NCBI RefSeq assembly: GCF_001194135.2
Contig: NC_068982.1
Span: 19,736,897 to 19,800,896 of the forward strand
Source of the DNA: Octopus bimaculoides
Lineage: Eukaryota
Direction of reading: 5' to 3'
DNA length: 64,000 nt
Below are positions 39,610-53,089 of the stretch, piece after piece. Below the pieces are notes generated by a model. That model had not been told where the DNA came from, searched no databases, and saw only the letters and a list, made by a program, of their open reading frames with translations. The stretch's first letter is position 1; each line of letters opens with the position of its first letter. Made by a program: the position numbers and the translations under genes.

Positions 39610-41385
39610 TATTCTAGACATATGCTATATAACATTTCCCAGTAGACCAAAGTGTAAAGTGAAGGCTGCATAGAATTTTTTTCCTAGTAGACCGAGAAAG
39701 CTCGTGCCAGCTACTTTGGGTTCATATCAGAACTAGTTATCTCTGTGGTCACTTCAATCGATTATGCATTTCTCTAAGTAGTTTGAGACAGTTCGCAATA
39801 AAAACAAATTTTATTTTGTGTGTGTGTATGTCTAGCAGATTTTATGGAATGTAATTCCTCTGTTACCAATCTTCGCGAGAAAGCATTCTCTATTTATTTA
39901 ATGTAAATTTCTCATAAGTTTACTGGAAGAAAAATGAAAATACATTGTAGAAATCTTTTCAAAATTCATGGGAAAAATCACCATCATGGCCACCGCCGTT
40001 ATCATTATCATCGCCATCATCTTCGTCGTCATCGTTGTCATCGTGATCGTTATCAACATTATTGCAATCATGATTTTCTTCATAATTCTCATTGCCGTTA
40101 TCATCATCATTATGAACAATAACAATGGATCTAAAACAAACAGCGTAAAAGATTAGAAGACGTGTGCGATTTAAGAATTTTACTATAGCTATTAGCACTA
40201 TTGCTAAACGATTTTCCGTTTGTATTCCGCCATATTTATGTATATTACGTATATACTATAGAGCCGAATTGTGTAAACAAGGAGCTAATTCGACTTCATC
40301 ATTGTTTTTATTTTTTGCTGTTTGATGATGCCATTGTCTTTTATTGCTTCGTTTCTTAAACATACACCGCCACCTTCGTTTTCCATTTTTGTTATGTGAA
40401 TTGCCAATTACTTCAACATCCAGGCTTTCTAGACATTATGTACATTTTACACTTTTAGTTTTCTTTATATTGTTTTCTTTCTCCTGTTCTTATGTTTGTA
40501 ATGTAACAGATGTAACAAGCATAATCACCTTCCATTATATACGACATATACTGGAGAATGATAAACGTTGTTTGATCAACTAAGGCCAAATTGTTTACAA
40601 ATTCCCTTAAAACCACTCAGAGTTGAAATGATGGAAAATTAAATATTTACGTAAACAAAATGCTGAAACTGAAAGAACCACTTGAAACGTTATAGTTCGA
40701 AAGAGATGGGTTTTCTCTCATTCTTTTCAATTGTCTCATAATATTCAATGTGTTGAACGTGATTCACTTCCAAGTGATTTTGACGGTATTGAAAGCTTAC
40801 GTGTAGTAAAACTCTAAGATGCCTTAGATTCGGGACCAAACTTGTTTTATTACTAAATCGTACTCCAGCTTTAGTGCTAAAGCACTGCGATCAGATTTAA
40901 GCAAACCTAAATTGTTGTTATTTGACATCTGTCAGAAGATATCAGTTTATACTTGTATAGACCTCGAAGTACACGTATCAAAAACATGCAGTCTCGTTTC
41001 AAAGTAGAAATCATTCATTATCGGTCAACTGAGCACTGCAGAAACCAAGGGATTTAACTATCAGCAATTCGAAGTAAGTTTTATATCAACTAACAGTAAA
41101 CAGAAGCAGTGCTGTGTAAGTGAGAGAACGACGTTTCAAAACTTCGCTAGCGTCTTAGTGGAAAGGAGTGACTGGTATGGATGATGGCGTTTAGCCCCAC
41201 ATCAACGCTAATAGAGCAGACCAATGTTTAAACGCAATCTGGAAATAATATCCTAACATTTATTCCGATGCCGTAGACATAGGACCATATTTTGTAATAA
41301 ATCTTAGAGTTTCCAAGATGTCTAGAAGCGATTTTGATGCACATATACAAATTGATTGTAAACAAGTGAAGTTGCGGATGTTTCG

Positions 41386-41419
<34 letters not shown>

Positions 41420-41486
41420 NNNNNNNNNNNNNNNNNNNNNNNNNNNNNNNNNNNNNNNNNNNNNNNNNNNNNNNNNNNNNNNNNNN

Positions 41487-41557
<71 letters not shown>

Positions 41558-41560
41558 TGG

Positions 41561-41594
<34 letters not shown>

Positions 41595-41597
<3 letters not shown>

Positions 41598-41960
41598 GGT
41601 GGGGCAGATAGAATGGACGTCTTTGAAATGGCTATTACTCAGACCCAATGAAAGGGACATATGTCAGACAGGTATCAATCGGTCCGTGATGTCTTAGCGT
41701 TTTTCTTTTGGGATGAAGCCATGTCACTGTGGACGATAGAGTAACGTATGTTTGCCTACAACAGTTACATGAAGAATAAGGAGCCTGTCACAGCAGTTTA
41801 GCATGAGTTTCAGCACCACTTTAACATTTACCGAAATCACGCTGTTTCCACGCGCAACACAATCTTACTTTGGATGAATGCATCTTCTTGCACGAGGTAC
41901 ACTAATGAATAGGAGACTGGTGGAGGCGCCACGAACGGTATGGATCCCGGAAAATGTGGG
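41595..41960 (+). mobile_element. Tc1/mariner 5' remnant (left end and HTH start)
   Basis: TA|CAGGGTGGGGCA end. The frame from 41721 reads MSLWTIE*RMFAYNSYMKNKEPVTAV*HEFQHHFNI..TRNTILLW..PRTVWIPENV. No right TIR found. Confidence 0.7.
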
Positions 41961-42846
41961 ATGTATACTGTCTATTTGTAACTACTTTCTTTTTTCACTT
42001 AGACATCTGCTAATGAGCCTCGAAAATTCCTGGGCAGGTATTAATGCTAAATAGCATTCCTGACATAACTTCAGTGTGGAGGCATATGTTCTACAAAACC
42101 TCCAGTCATTAACTTAAATCGTTATAATTCTACTTTAAGAACTAACTTGCCTGTTTTCTTTACTCTGATTTTTAATTAATTTTGAATTAATTAAAACTGC
42201 TTTAAATTGTTTTCATTCTTGCCTATAACAGATATAATTCACTATCATAATTCTCTCTCTCACTCCCTTTCTTTCTACCCTCCTCACTCTACTGAGCTGT
42301 ATTTCCGTTTGATAGACCCGTTTTACTGCATCGCTTTCAATGGCTTTTCTTTTTTTTTTTTTTTTCATTTATTTATGCTACCAATTACCGTTATACATTA
42401 TTTCTTTTGTTTTCTTTTTTCTTTTGTTCCTGTAAACTTATGTACTTGTAAATACAATGAAGTATGCCTTTCCCACATGAACTGGCCGTCCATAACGGAT
42501 TCTTAGAAGCACGTGTTATTTCTAGGTTTTTAAGAATCTTCGTTATGCGATGAATGTGGTTACGACATAAGCCATGGTGCGGTCGCAACAGCTGTTGTTT
42601 TTTGTATTCCTTATTCTGTACTCCAGTTATATTTTATATTCCGTGTCAATATACGCATTAAGTCTACTCGTGTTTATCTGCCTTTCTACATATATAAAGG
42701 TATATGTATGTTAGTGTGCGTGTGTATGTGTATGGATAAATGCACCGTAAATGGATATATATGTGTGTGTGTGTGTGTGTGTGTATGTGTGTGTGTGTGT
42801 GTCTGTCTGTCTGTCTGTATATATGTGTGTGTGTGTGTGTATATAT

Positions 42847-42889
<43 letters not shown>

Positions 42890-43702
42890 NNNNNNNNNNN
42901 NNNNNNNNNNNNNNNNNNNNNNNNNNNNNNNNNNNNNNNNNNNNNNNNNNNNNNNNNNNNNNNNNNNNNNNNNNNNNNNNNNNNNNNNNNNNNNNNNNNN
43001 NNNNNNNNNNNNNNNNNNNNNNNNNNNNNNNNNNNNNNNNNNNNNNNNNNNNNNNNNNNNNNNNNNNNNNNNNNNNNNNNNNNNNNNNNNNNNNNNNNNN
43101 NNNNNNNNNNNNNNNNNNNNNNNNNNNNNNNNNNNNNNNNNNNNNNNNNNNNNNNNNNNNNNNNNNNNNNNNNNNNNNNNNNNNNNNNNNNNNNNNNNNN
43201 NNNNNNNNNNNNNNNNNNNNNNNNNNNNNNNNNNNNNNNNNNNNNNNNNNNNNNNNNNNNNNNNNNNNNNNNNNNNNNNNNNNNNNNNNNNNNNNNNNNN
43301 NNNNNNNNNNNNNNNNNNNNNNNNNNNNNNNNNNNNNNNNNNNNNNNNNNNNNNNNNNNNNNNNNNNNNNNNNNNNNNNNNNNNNNNNNNNNNNNNNNNN
43401 NNNNNNNNNNNNNNNNNNNNNNNNNNNNNNNNNNNNNNNNNNNNNNNNNNNNNNNNNNNNNNNNNNNNNAAGACGTTATTATTGTTCACTGAAATTTTTC
43501 CTATCATGTCTGTAGTAGTTTTGTAACTATTCGGTGGCACAGAAGTATTTTTGACTTCTATTTTTAGCGGTGTAGGTGCTCATGTAGTGCCCTTGTGTAT
43601 ATATGTACATATCTAATATTGTATGTATATATTTTATTAATTTGCCTGTACGGCTGATAATTCGCTTGCTACTCGTGGCGGTATTTTAATAATACCATCC
43701 CT

Positions 43703-43787
<85 letters not shown>

Positions 43788-44047
43788 CAGATTCAGTGCT
43801 GGAACAGACACTGGTACTCTATACATCGTAGACGGGAGACTGTTATGGCATGACCTGATCTCTATCACTTTAGAGCTCAAATAAAAGCGTGATCGCATAA
43901 CGTGTCAGTTCCGGCGGCCGTGACAGGCGGTTTTCATCTGTCAACCACATTAAGCTGGAGATAAAAATTACCTTCTGGTATCCATTCTGCTTCTGTCGCT
44001 ATTAATACTGATATACATACATACAGTATATACACACACACGCATAC

Positions 44048-44122
<75 letters not shown>

Positions 44123-44139
44123 TATATATAAATATATAT

Positions 44140-45342
44140 ATCTGCTTAGGGATCCTGCTATGCTTCATTTTAATAAGGTGTCCAGTCCAACCTAACCGGT
44201 CTTTGTACACCATCATCTCAATACTCAAGATACCAGCTGTCCTCAGGACCTGTGTGTCTGGAGTTTTTAAGGTCCTGCCACCATTCAGAATGTGTCTGAG
44301 ACATCTCTGATGAAAGCGTTCAATAATCCTTACATGATATTTGTAAAGGGTCCATATATCACATGAGTAAAGGAGCGATGTCAGTACACATGCACGATAC
44401 ACAGCAATTTTTGTTTGTCGTGTGATGCCATGCTGGGACTAGACACGAGACTGAAGAAACCGGAATCAGTTGCTCTCTGCAGCCTGAAATATATTTCGTC
44501 ATCCAGGGAGCAAGAACGGCTGAGTGCGCTGCCCAGGTAGAAAAAGCTTGACTACCACTTTCAGAATTGTTCCTCCAACCATGAAAACTGGTTCCACATA
44601 TGGATTTCATGGTGCTGTTTAGAACATTACAACAGTCTTGTCGAGGCTAATGCTGAACCTAAATGCCTTGCAAGAAGTAGAAATACGATTCATAAATAGT
44701 TGCATATAATCCACTGTATGAGTGACTAAGTTAAAGTCATCTGTATAAAAGAGGTCACGAATAAGAGACTGGAAAACTTTTGAATTGGCAGCAAATCAGC
44801 GCAGATTAAAGAGGCGGTCAGAAGATCGATATCTAACATGAATTCCCAGATAGCTAACTTTAACAAAAGCATGAGTAAAAGCAGCAGCAAAGTACAAATA
44901 AAAGAGAGTTGGAGCAAGGATGTCACCCTGCTTGACACCATTCTCTACAGGGAACTTGTGAATGGAAAGAGACCCCGGCAGAAACCAAGGCTGCGATTAA
45001 AGGACTGCGTCAAGTCCTCATTAAAGTCCTGTGATATGCAGGAAACTGACTGGGAAAACAATGTCTGTCATCGCCACAGATGGAGGGAGCAGGTTAAGGA
45101 GGGAGTCGACGCTTTTGAGAGAACACGTATTCAGCATGAAGAACTCAAGCGTACTGCTCCAAAGTTATGGTGAATGGGGAAAGCTTGGTCTGCAATTTTT
45201 GCATTTGTGTATGCTTGTCAAGAGCAGGTCTCATTAGCCACCAACGGAGCCGCAAATGCAAACTATAAGTTAGTCCTAGAGCGCACCATGTTCCTGAAGG
45301 TCAGCAATGGTCTTTCTCGGTGTCACGAGTGCACGGCCATCA
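44140..45342 (+). mobile_element. RTE-clade LINE with 5' inversion (twin priming)
   Basis: Minus 44942 to 44140 reads GVKQGDILAPTLF..LFYTDD..YLGSALS..VYRACVLTSLLY..RIPKQI. Plus from 44940 continues ILYRELVNGKRPRQKPRLR..C..C..SRAGLISHQR. Confidence 0.93.
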
Positions 45343-45536
45343 TGTATATACATATATTGGAAAATGTGTGAGATCCTTAGTGCAGTTAGGCATATTTGAA
45401 AAAAGAAAAAAGTATGACTTCACTGGTTGTTCTATTCCGTTTAATTTATTATTTTTCAATTTATATCATTAGAATTTTTCAAATATTTAACTAAACTCCT
45501 TAGAACTACCAGTGAAGTCATTCTTTTTCTTTTCTT

Positions 45537-45571
<35 letters not shown>

Positions 45572-46508
45572 AAGATTATTTGTCAATATAACATGGCAGT
45601 CCTGGTTTAAGACGAATGTTACTGTTGTTCAGCCTCATTGGCAAATAATCTTTTCTCTAGAGTACTGTTACTGAATGTCTCTCGTTGAGAGATTNNNNNN
45701 NNNNNNNNNNNNNNNNNNNNNNNNNNNNNNNNNNNNNNNNNNNNNNNNNNNNNNNNNNNNNNNNNNNNNNNNNNNNNNNNNNNNNNNNNNNNNNNNNNNN
45801 NNNNNNNNNNNNNNNNNNNNNNNNNNNNNNNNNNNNNNNNNNNNNNNNNNNNNNNNNNNNNNNNNNNNNNNNNNNNNNNNNNNNNNNNNNNNNNNNNNNN
45901 NNNNNNNNNNNNNNNNNNNNNNNNNNNNNNNNNNNNNNNNNNNNNNNNNNNNNNNNNNNNNNNNNNNNNNNNNNNNNNNNNNNNNNNNNNNNNNNNNNNN
46001 NNNNNNNNNNNNNNNNNNNNNNNNNNNNNNNNNNNNNNNNNNNNTAGTGAGAGAGAGACATCTTGGCGCGCAGGGACATTTAATCCATGGCAGCAGAAGG
46101 ATTGTCCGGTTACTTATCTCTGAGTAATATATTTCTCATAGCTACTTGAATTACTTCTGCTTGTTACAAGGTCAAGCTCGATCAAAATAGATATTACAGG
46201 TCACGTAACAGTATTGGTTGAATTCTCGTGCTACACACTCCCACTCTTTGCTGATTGCTACTAATATTGCTTGAGGTTATGTCTAACTGGTACATGCATC
46301 AATCTCTGCTGACTGTTGCTGCGTATTCAGCATGTTAGGCAGAAATCGTCACCTTTCTTTTGGCTTCAATTTCCACTATTATTTTTTTTTTAACTGAGTT
46401 TATGGAAATATAAGTAATTATTCTGGAAGTAAATCCTATGGGAGTATTAGTAAAAAGTGTTACCAGCTATTTAATTACAATTTCTCTGCTTGTTGACAGT
46501 GGATTTAC

Positions 46509-46678
46509 CGTAAATACTACTGTAAATGGAAGCGATAAGCTTTTCTTTATGTAGTATAAACTGTATGTCATGAATGGGACACCAGTCCGTCACATTATTG
46601 TCTCTGACTGGCATCTCGTTTCCCACTTCATCTGGATGCATTGAACTTGTTAAAGGGCATAACATGACAACCGCGCGC
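46509..46678 (-). CDS. candidate exon (RAVVMLCPL..NVTDWCPIHDIQFILHKEKLIASIYSSIYG), possibly N-terminus/TM1 of an opsin-like GPCR
   Basis: Strong acceptor ttgctttcgtttacAG, donor ACG|GTAAAT, 170 nt with a single open frame, unique sequence, NVT sequon. Confidence 0.35.
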
Positions 46679-46970
46679 CTGTAAACGAAAGCAATTTTTA
46701 TGCCTGGCACTTTTACCATTATATATTGTTAGAAAATGTAAAATAGGTATGAATTTCGAACGTAAGAGTTTAAGCACAGATAGACATTTTTATGATATAT
46801 ACCTATATGTCGAGAAATTGTACATAATGATGTAGCAGCACTATATACTTCTATCTGGACCAAACACTTCCATATAACTGGAAGGATATATATTATGCAT
46901 ATCCAAATATACACGGGGACACACATGGATATATATGCGTTTTGTATGTATATGTGTATGCATATCTATG

Positions 46971-47002
<32 letters not shown>

Positions 47003-47008
47003 AATACC

Positions 47009-47054
<46 letters not shown>

Positions 47055-47277
47055 TGTATGTATATGGACACGTTAATTTTCAGTAGAACATTTCTTGTGT
47101 ATTCTTGTACCACATCATTATCTAGCTGTCAGATACAGGAAATAAGACGAAATCTAATCACCAACTCTCCTGTATTTTATTTGCTCGTAATTCCGGCACC
47201 ATTTTTTAAAGTGTGTTGCAAAAAAAAAAAAAAACGATTCGTGTCATTAACAGTCATTAACAATGATAGTGGGATTC

Positions 47278-47354
<77 letters not shown>

Positions 47355-47372
47355 CATTATTATTATTATTAC

Positions 47373-47516
<144 letters not shown>

Positions 47517-48031
47517 CATTATTATTATTGTTGTTGTTCTTCTTCTTCTTAGAACGGCGGCGACGATGAAGTGGAGGACATTATCGACGACGACGACGAC
47601 GACGATGATGATGATGTTGATAACGGTAATGATGAATCCGTTGAAGATGAGTATACGGGTCGAGATTGTGAATACGAGAATTTGGTGGAGTCAATAAGAC
47701 AGTTGAACAGATTGGTAATCAGTTATGTCGAAGATGGTGATGATGACGATGAAGATGATGACGATGAGGAGGAGGAGGAAGAGAAGGGGTATGGGAGCAG
47801 GAGCAGAAGGAGCAGGGCGGCCGCGTGCAAGTAGTTGATGATAGTTGATCATTATATGTTGGAAGCGGAAAACAAAAAAACTTGAATGGCGAATATTTTT
47901 ATAAAACAGAAAACATGATCGCCTTTTCTCCTTCTTTCTTCTACTCAAATCTAAAAAAAAAGAAAAGGAAAGAAAAAAGAATACAATACTGATTAATTTG
48001 AAATGAGTTCAGTGAAATAGATTGTAATTGT

Positions 48032-48450
48032 TTATATTTCATTTTATTCAACTATTTATTTTATATTATTTTTATTATTTCATTTTATTAAACTACTTAT
48101 TTTATATTATTTTTATGATTTTTATTATTTCATTTTATTAAACTATTTATTTTATTTTATTTTTATTTATTTCATTTTATTAAACTATTTATTTTATTTT
48201 ATTTTTATTATTTCATTTTATTAAGCTATTTATTTTATTTTAATTTTACTATTTCATTTTATTAAACTATTTCATTTTATATTATTTTTATTATTTCATT
48301 TATTAAACTATTTATTTTATATTATTTTTATTATTTCATTTATTAAACTATTTATTTTATATTATTTTTATTATTTCATTTTATCAAATTATTTATTTTA
48401 TATCATTTTTATTATTTCATTTTACTAAATTATTTATTTTATTATTTTGC
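48032..48450. repeat. AT-rich minisatellite, about 41-bp unit, about 10-11 copies
   Basis: Unit approximately tttcattttattaaactatttattttatattattttttatta. Confidence 0.92.
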
Positions 48451-48966
48451 TTTTTATTTTTTCATTAGTATTTCTCTTTCGATTTTAAAGAATCCTTTTC
48501 ATTTGACCATTATGTGGTTGCCTGATGGAAGCAATAAATTTTCAGACGTTTTGTTCAACTGTCGGATCTTGCTTTCAACAAATATTTTGTGCTTGATTTT
48601 TGATAACATTTAACGACCTACAGATTCACGTAATTATTAGTAATATTGTCGTTATTGTTTTCTATGTTTGTTTGTTCTTTAGTGTTTAGTGGGGTTTTTT
48701 TGTTATGGTTTCCGTTCTCCTCCTCCTTTTCCTCCTCCTCTTTCACTTTCTCATTATTTCGCCTCATCTTATCCAGCTTTCATTTCTCTCCACTTTAGTC
48801 CAGGCAACACAACTTCTTTTCGTTTTCCTATATTCTTTTCATCATCAACATCACCACCATCATCATCATCATCATCATCATCATCATTATCATCATCATC
48901 ATCATCATCATCATCATTATCACCATCATCTTCATCATCATCATCATCATCATCATCACCATCCTC

Positions 48967-49008
<42 letters not shown>

Positions 49009-49214
49009 GTGGTCGTCGTCATCATCGTCGTCATCATCATCATCATCATCATCATCATCTTCATCACCATCATCAATATCATCAGGATCATCACCATCAT
49101 CGTCATCGCCGTCAGTCTCGTCTTCATTGTCGTCGTCATCATCATCATCATCGTCCTCACCGTCATTCCATCTCCACCATAATTTCCGCTACCACCACCA
49201 ATCAACACCACCAC

Positions 49215-49246
<32 letters not shown>

Positions 49247-49744
49247 CCACCAGCACCGCAATCGTCATCATCATCGTCATCATCATCTTCGTCTTCGTTA
49301 CTGTTGCCGTTGTCGCTGTTGTTATGTTTTTTTGTTTTTTTGTGTGTGTGTTCTTTCTGATTTGCGTTTTCTTCCTTTTGAAAGCTAATCAAATAATAAA
49401 TCGACACGAAATGGTTATACAAGTAATCATTCATATTTCATAGCATCATCTCGCACTCTATTATGATTCCAGCTGCCTTCTGAATATATTAAAGGATCGG
49501 ACAGTTTATTTCTCGCTCATATAAAATATGAGATAATCTAATCTCTCATTTTCTCTTTATGTTTTTCTTTCGTTTCTTTGAAATGTTGTGATGACTTTTA
49601 TTTCATATTCAAACAGTTTCTAGGTGGGATTCACTTATCACATTACACTGGCTGCTGTTAATCATCTTCCTGTGGTTATTTCTGTTTATTTCGTTTGTTG
49701 TTTTATCCCAAGGGGAGATGACCGAAGAGAACTTTGATCAATGG

Positions 49745-50600
49745 CATTCTCGCCGAGAGCATCTCGTCTTTTTACGTATACTTCCATAAATACATACATA
49801 TATNNNNNNNNNNNNNNNNNNNNNNNNNNNNNNNNNNNNNNNNNNNNNNNNNNNNNNNNNNNNNNNNNNNNNNNNNNNNNNNNNNNNNNNNNNNNNNNNN
49901 NNNNNNNNNNNNNNNNNNNNNNNNNNNNNNNNNNNNNNNNNNNNNNNNNNNNNNNNNNNNNNNNNNNNNNNNNNNNNNNNNNNNNNNNNNNNNNNNNNNN
50001 NNNNNNNNNNNNNNNNNNNNNNNNNNNNNNNNNNNNNNNNNNNNNNNNNNNNNNNNNNNNNNNNNNNNNNNNNNNNNNNNNNNNNNNNNNNNNNNNNNNN
50101 NNNNNNNNNNNNNNNNNNNNNNNNNNNNNNNNNNNNNNNNNNNNNNNNNNNNNNNNNNNNNNNNNNNNNNNNNNNNNNNNNNNNNNNNNNNNNNNNNNNN
50201 NNNNNNNNNNNNNNNNNNNNNNNNNNNNNNNNNNNNNNNNNNNNNNNNNNNNNNNNNNNNNNNNNNNNNNNNNNNNNNNNNNNNNNNNNNNNNNNNNNNN
50301 NNNNNNNNNNNNNNNNNNNNNNNNNNNNNNNNNNNNNNNNNNNNNNNNNNNNNNNNNNNNNNNNNNNNNNNNNNNNNNNNNNNNNNNNNNNNNNNNNNNN
50401 NNNNNNNNNNNNNNNNNNNNNNNNNNNNNNNNNNNNNNNNNNNNNNNNNNNNNNNNNNNNTATATATATGCATATATATGTATGTAACTACATACAAATA
50501 TATATAAACACATACATATGCATATAGATATATACATATATATATGTGTATGTATTTATGTATGTACATGTAAAAAGACGAGATGCTTTCGGTGAGAATG
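49745..50600. repeat. about 56-bp inverted repeat flanking an assembly gap
   Basis: cattctcgccgagagcatctcgtctttttacg at 49745 versus the reverse complement at 50544-50600. Confidence 0.8.
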
Positions 50601-50624
50601 TATGTATATATATATATATATAAA

Positions 50625-51343
50625 TACGAGGAAAAGTAAAAAATTATCCAAACTTTCGCCTTAACCTATCTGTATTATTGACACACTGTCTTTTACACAT
50701 GCGTACTTATAGTCGGTACTATTGTGGTCGCGTGATCAAGGTCTGAGCCCGATCGCTCCAATTTTCTTCCTCGCTTTACAGTGTAAGCATGGTCGTTGCA
50801 CTAGCAATGTTCACCACAGAAGAACAAAGTGCAGTGATCTGATTCCTCTGTAAAAGGGCTGTACGATCTACAGTGCAAGATACAATGTTTTGCTGGCAAA
50901 GAAACTGAAGCTAGCAATTCACGCAAAAACGACGAAGCCTATTGTCGAAGAAAATGTTTTTGTTGCACGACACTGCACGCCCACACACGGTCTCTCAGAC
51001 CGTTGAATTCATTAACCAACTGGATTTTAAGGAGTTGGAACACCCTGCTACAGCGTAGATCTCACCCCTTCCGACTATCATATCTTTTGACCGCTCTAAG
51101 TTGGTTTACGAATCCGTCGATTTCCAAAGGATGAAGATGTGAAGGCAGCATTGCATAAATGGTTGCACGACCAATTGAAGACCTTCTTCTTGGAGGGAGT
51201 ACGCAAGCTTGTGGACCGCTAGACCAAGTGCATTGAAATGGAAGGAGACTATGTAAAAAAATGACGTACTTGTTTATCCCCTGCTTTTGTGTATGTACAT
51301 TGAACAAACAAGATCACAAATTAATTTTTGATTCTAACTCGTG
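50625..51343 (+). mobile_element. internally deleted mariner transposon
   Basis: Degenerate TIRs TACGAG..AAAAATT / AATTTTT..CTCGTG. N-terminus MVVALAMFTTEEQSAVI*FL, then LLHDTARPH..HPAYSVDLTPSDYHIF..KCIEMEGDYVKK with frameshifts. Confidence 0.92.
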
Positions 51344-51606
51344 TGTATATATATATATATATAGGAATAAGGATAAGTTCCTTATTTGAAATACCGATCT
51401 TATCACGTGGCCAGAATGGGAATAAAAGACTCAAAGGTAATAATTATTACTAAAATTATAATTAAGGATATCTAAGAGATACCCCCATACTGGAAATAGC
51501 AGCCAAAACTTGACTATACTCAGATATCTGATGAAGGCAGACCATTTCTTATGCAGAGCCAGAAATCCGGAACTGGAATTAACCAGTAATTTATTTTTTG
51601 CTAGTT

Positions 51607-51640
<34 letters not shown>

Positions 51641-51726
51641 TTGAAATTTACAGAAAAACAAAAGACAAAGACAGGTGTATGAGCAACAAGCAGGTATATT
51701 AGTTTGACGCTTGGTAAAGTGAGAAA

Positions 51727-51762
51727 GTCTTTTACGTTTCGAGCCTATACTCTTCAGCAGAA
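51727..51762 (-). ncRNA. degenerate minimal hammerhead motif within a repeat
   Basis: CTGCTGA-A-GAGT-ATAG-GCTC-GAAA-CGT-A. Position A6 is mutated and stem I is poor. Confidence 0.4.
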
Positions 51763-53089
51763 CGGATTAAGAGAAAATAAACATAGAAAGAATGAAGAAA
51801 AACGTGTGGAGTTTGGTGATCAAGCATGGCGTCTATATTTATATAGACGTATCTTATTTTCAATCACACCTGAATCTACCGGGAACATGGAGATATTTTT
51901 CCTCCTCTCTCCATCTCTTTCTCTTCTTCTCTCTCTCTCCTTTCCTCCCTACATGTATGTGTTCATGGATGTGTGTCTTTTTTATGTACAATGATGTACA
52001 TCTCAGTGTTAATGTTTACGTTTTTTTTGTATCCCTTAAACTTGCGGAGAGATCAAAGAAATATTTAGTAGCTCGAATGAAAGGAGTAAAATATAATGTA
52101 CCTGCTCTTGAATAATTAGCAAACCTAGTTTTATCTCAGACGTAAAACCTATAACATGAGGTTGATTTTTGCAATTATTTTTACCAGTTCAGGCGTTCAC
52201 ATAAAGTATTTCATACCGACTCGTGAACAACTTTTATTCTCTAACTGCAATGAAAGATTTCTGAAAACGTATAACATTTTTGTCGGATTTTCTTATATTA
52301 TTGATGAATCCTTGAATCAACTGCCTACGACATCAAACAACGGAAGTTCTAGAATATTTTTCTCTTCTAATATCTTTCTGACTAAACAATATCCAAAGAT
52401 ATGATCTTTTTCTGTATTTTTTATTCGTCCATCAACAGTATTTCTTTCGACAAATATTATGATGAAAATAACATAATCTAAAATAGAAATGATGAGGAAT
52501 ATTCTATACTTTGAATATAATGTTGAAAAAGGCCAAGTTTTTAAATTCCTACAGATACCTGTAGGAAGTAAAATTCACTCTTCATTGTTCAGAGTTCTGT
52601 AGAATTTAATATCTTTTGTGACAAAATTAATATTTTGTATTATAAGGACCGGCAATAATTTCAATTCTTCTAATAGCAACTATATTTAATGTTAGGAGAG
52701 CGCAGATGGCCAGATTGATATAGCATCGGACAATTAATTGTATTGGCGGTTGTTCTTAAAATGCATCGTGTACAATGTTATGTTGTTTTTATGTTCTAAA
52801 TGTTTAATACCCTCTGGGTGAGTGCAGTACATCTAGCTGCTTTACTGGGGTGGAATTCCGTCCGTAATCAATGAACCCTACGCATATACGTCAAACCATG
52901 TAATATATTTTTGCTGGAAAACATTATTCTTCCTACGTAATATACGTAAGCTTATTTCAAATCTGCATTTGCAATTCTTATTTTACGTCCAGTATTTGTG
53001 AAGTTAAAATCTAGTTGTATTATGTGTCCACATTAAAATCAATACGTTGTCTTGCTTTTTTTCCCGGGGATATTTTCAGTTTCCATGAC

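Noticed and set aside
39625-39666. Minus-strand AFTLHFGLLGNVI, resembling a GPCR TM1 GxxGN motif in phase with the 46.5 kb donor
   Set aside because: Followed immediately by a TAG stop with no usable donor; likely coincidence.
48689-49388. Long poly-Ser/His/Met ORFs, and all similar poly-amino-acid, (CV)n, (YI)n and X-filled ORFs
   Set aside because: These are translations of triplet or dinucleotide microsatellites and N-gaps, open in several frames at once.
49705-49770. GAGATG..CCGAAGA..GAGAGCATCTC hammerhead-like string
   Set aside because: Core and stem II/III spacing are not canonical even using the inverted copy as a guide.
51520-51565. CTGATGA-AGGC...GCC-A-GAAA hammerhead-like string
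   Set aside because: Extra base before GAAA, no UH cleavage site and no stem I partner.
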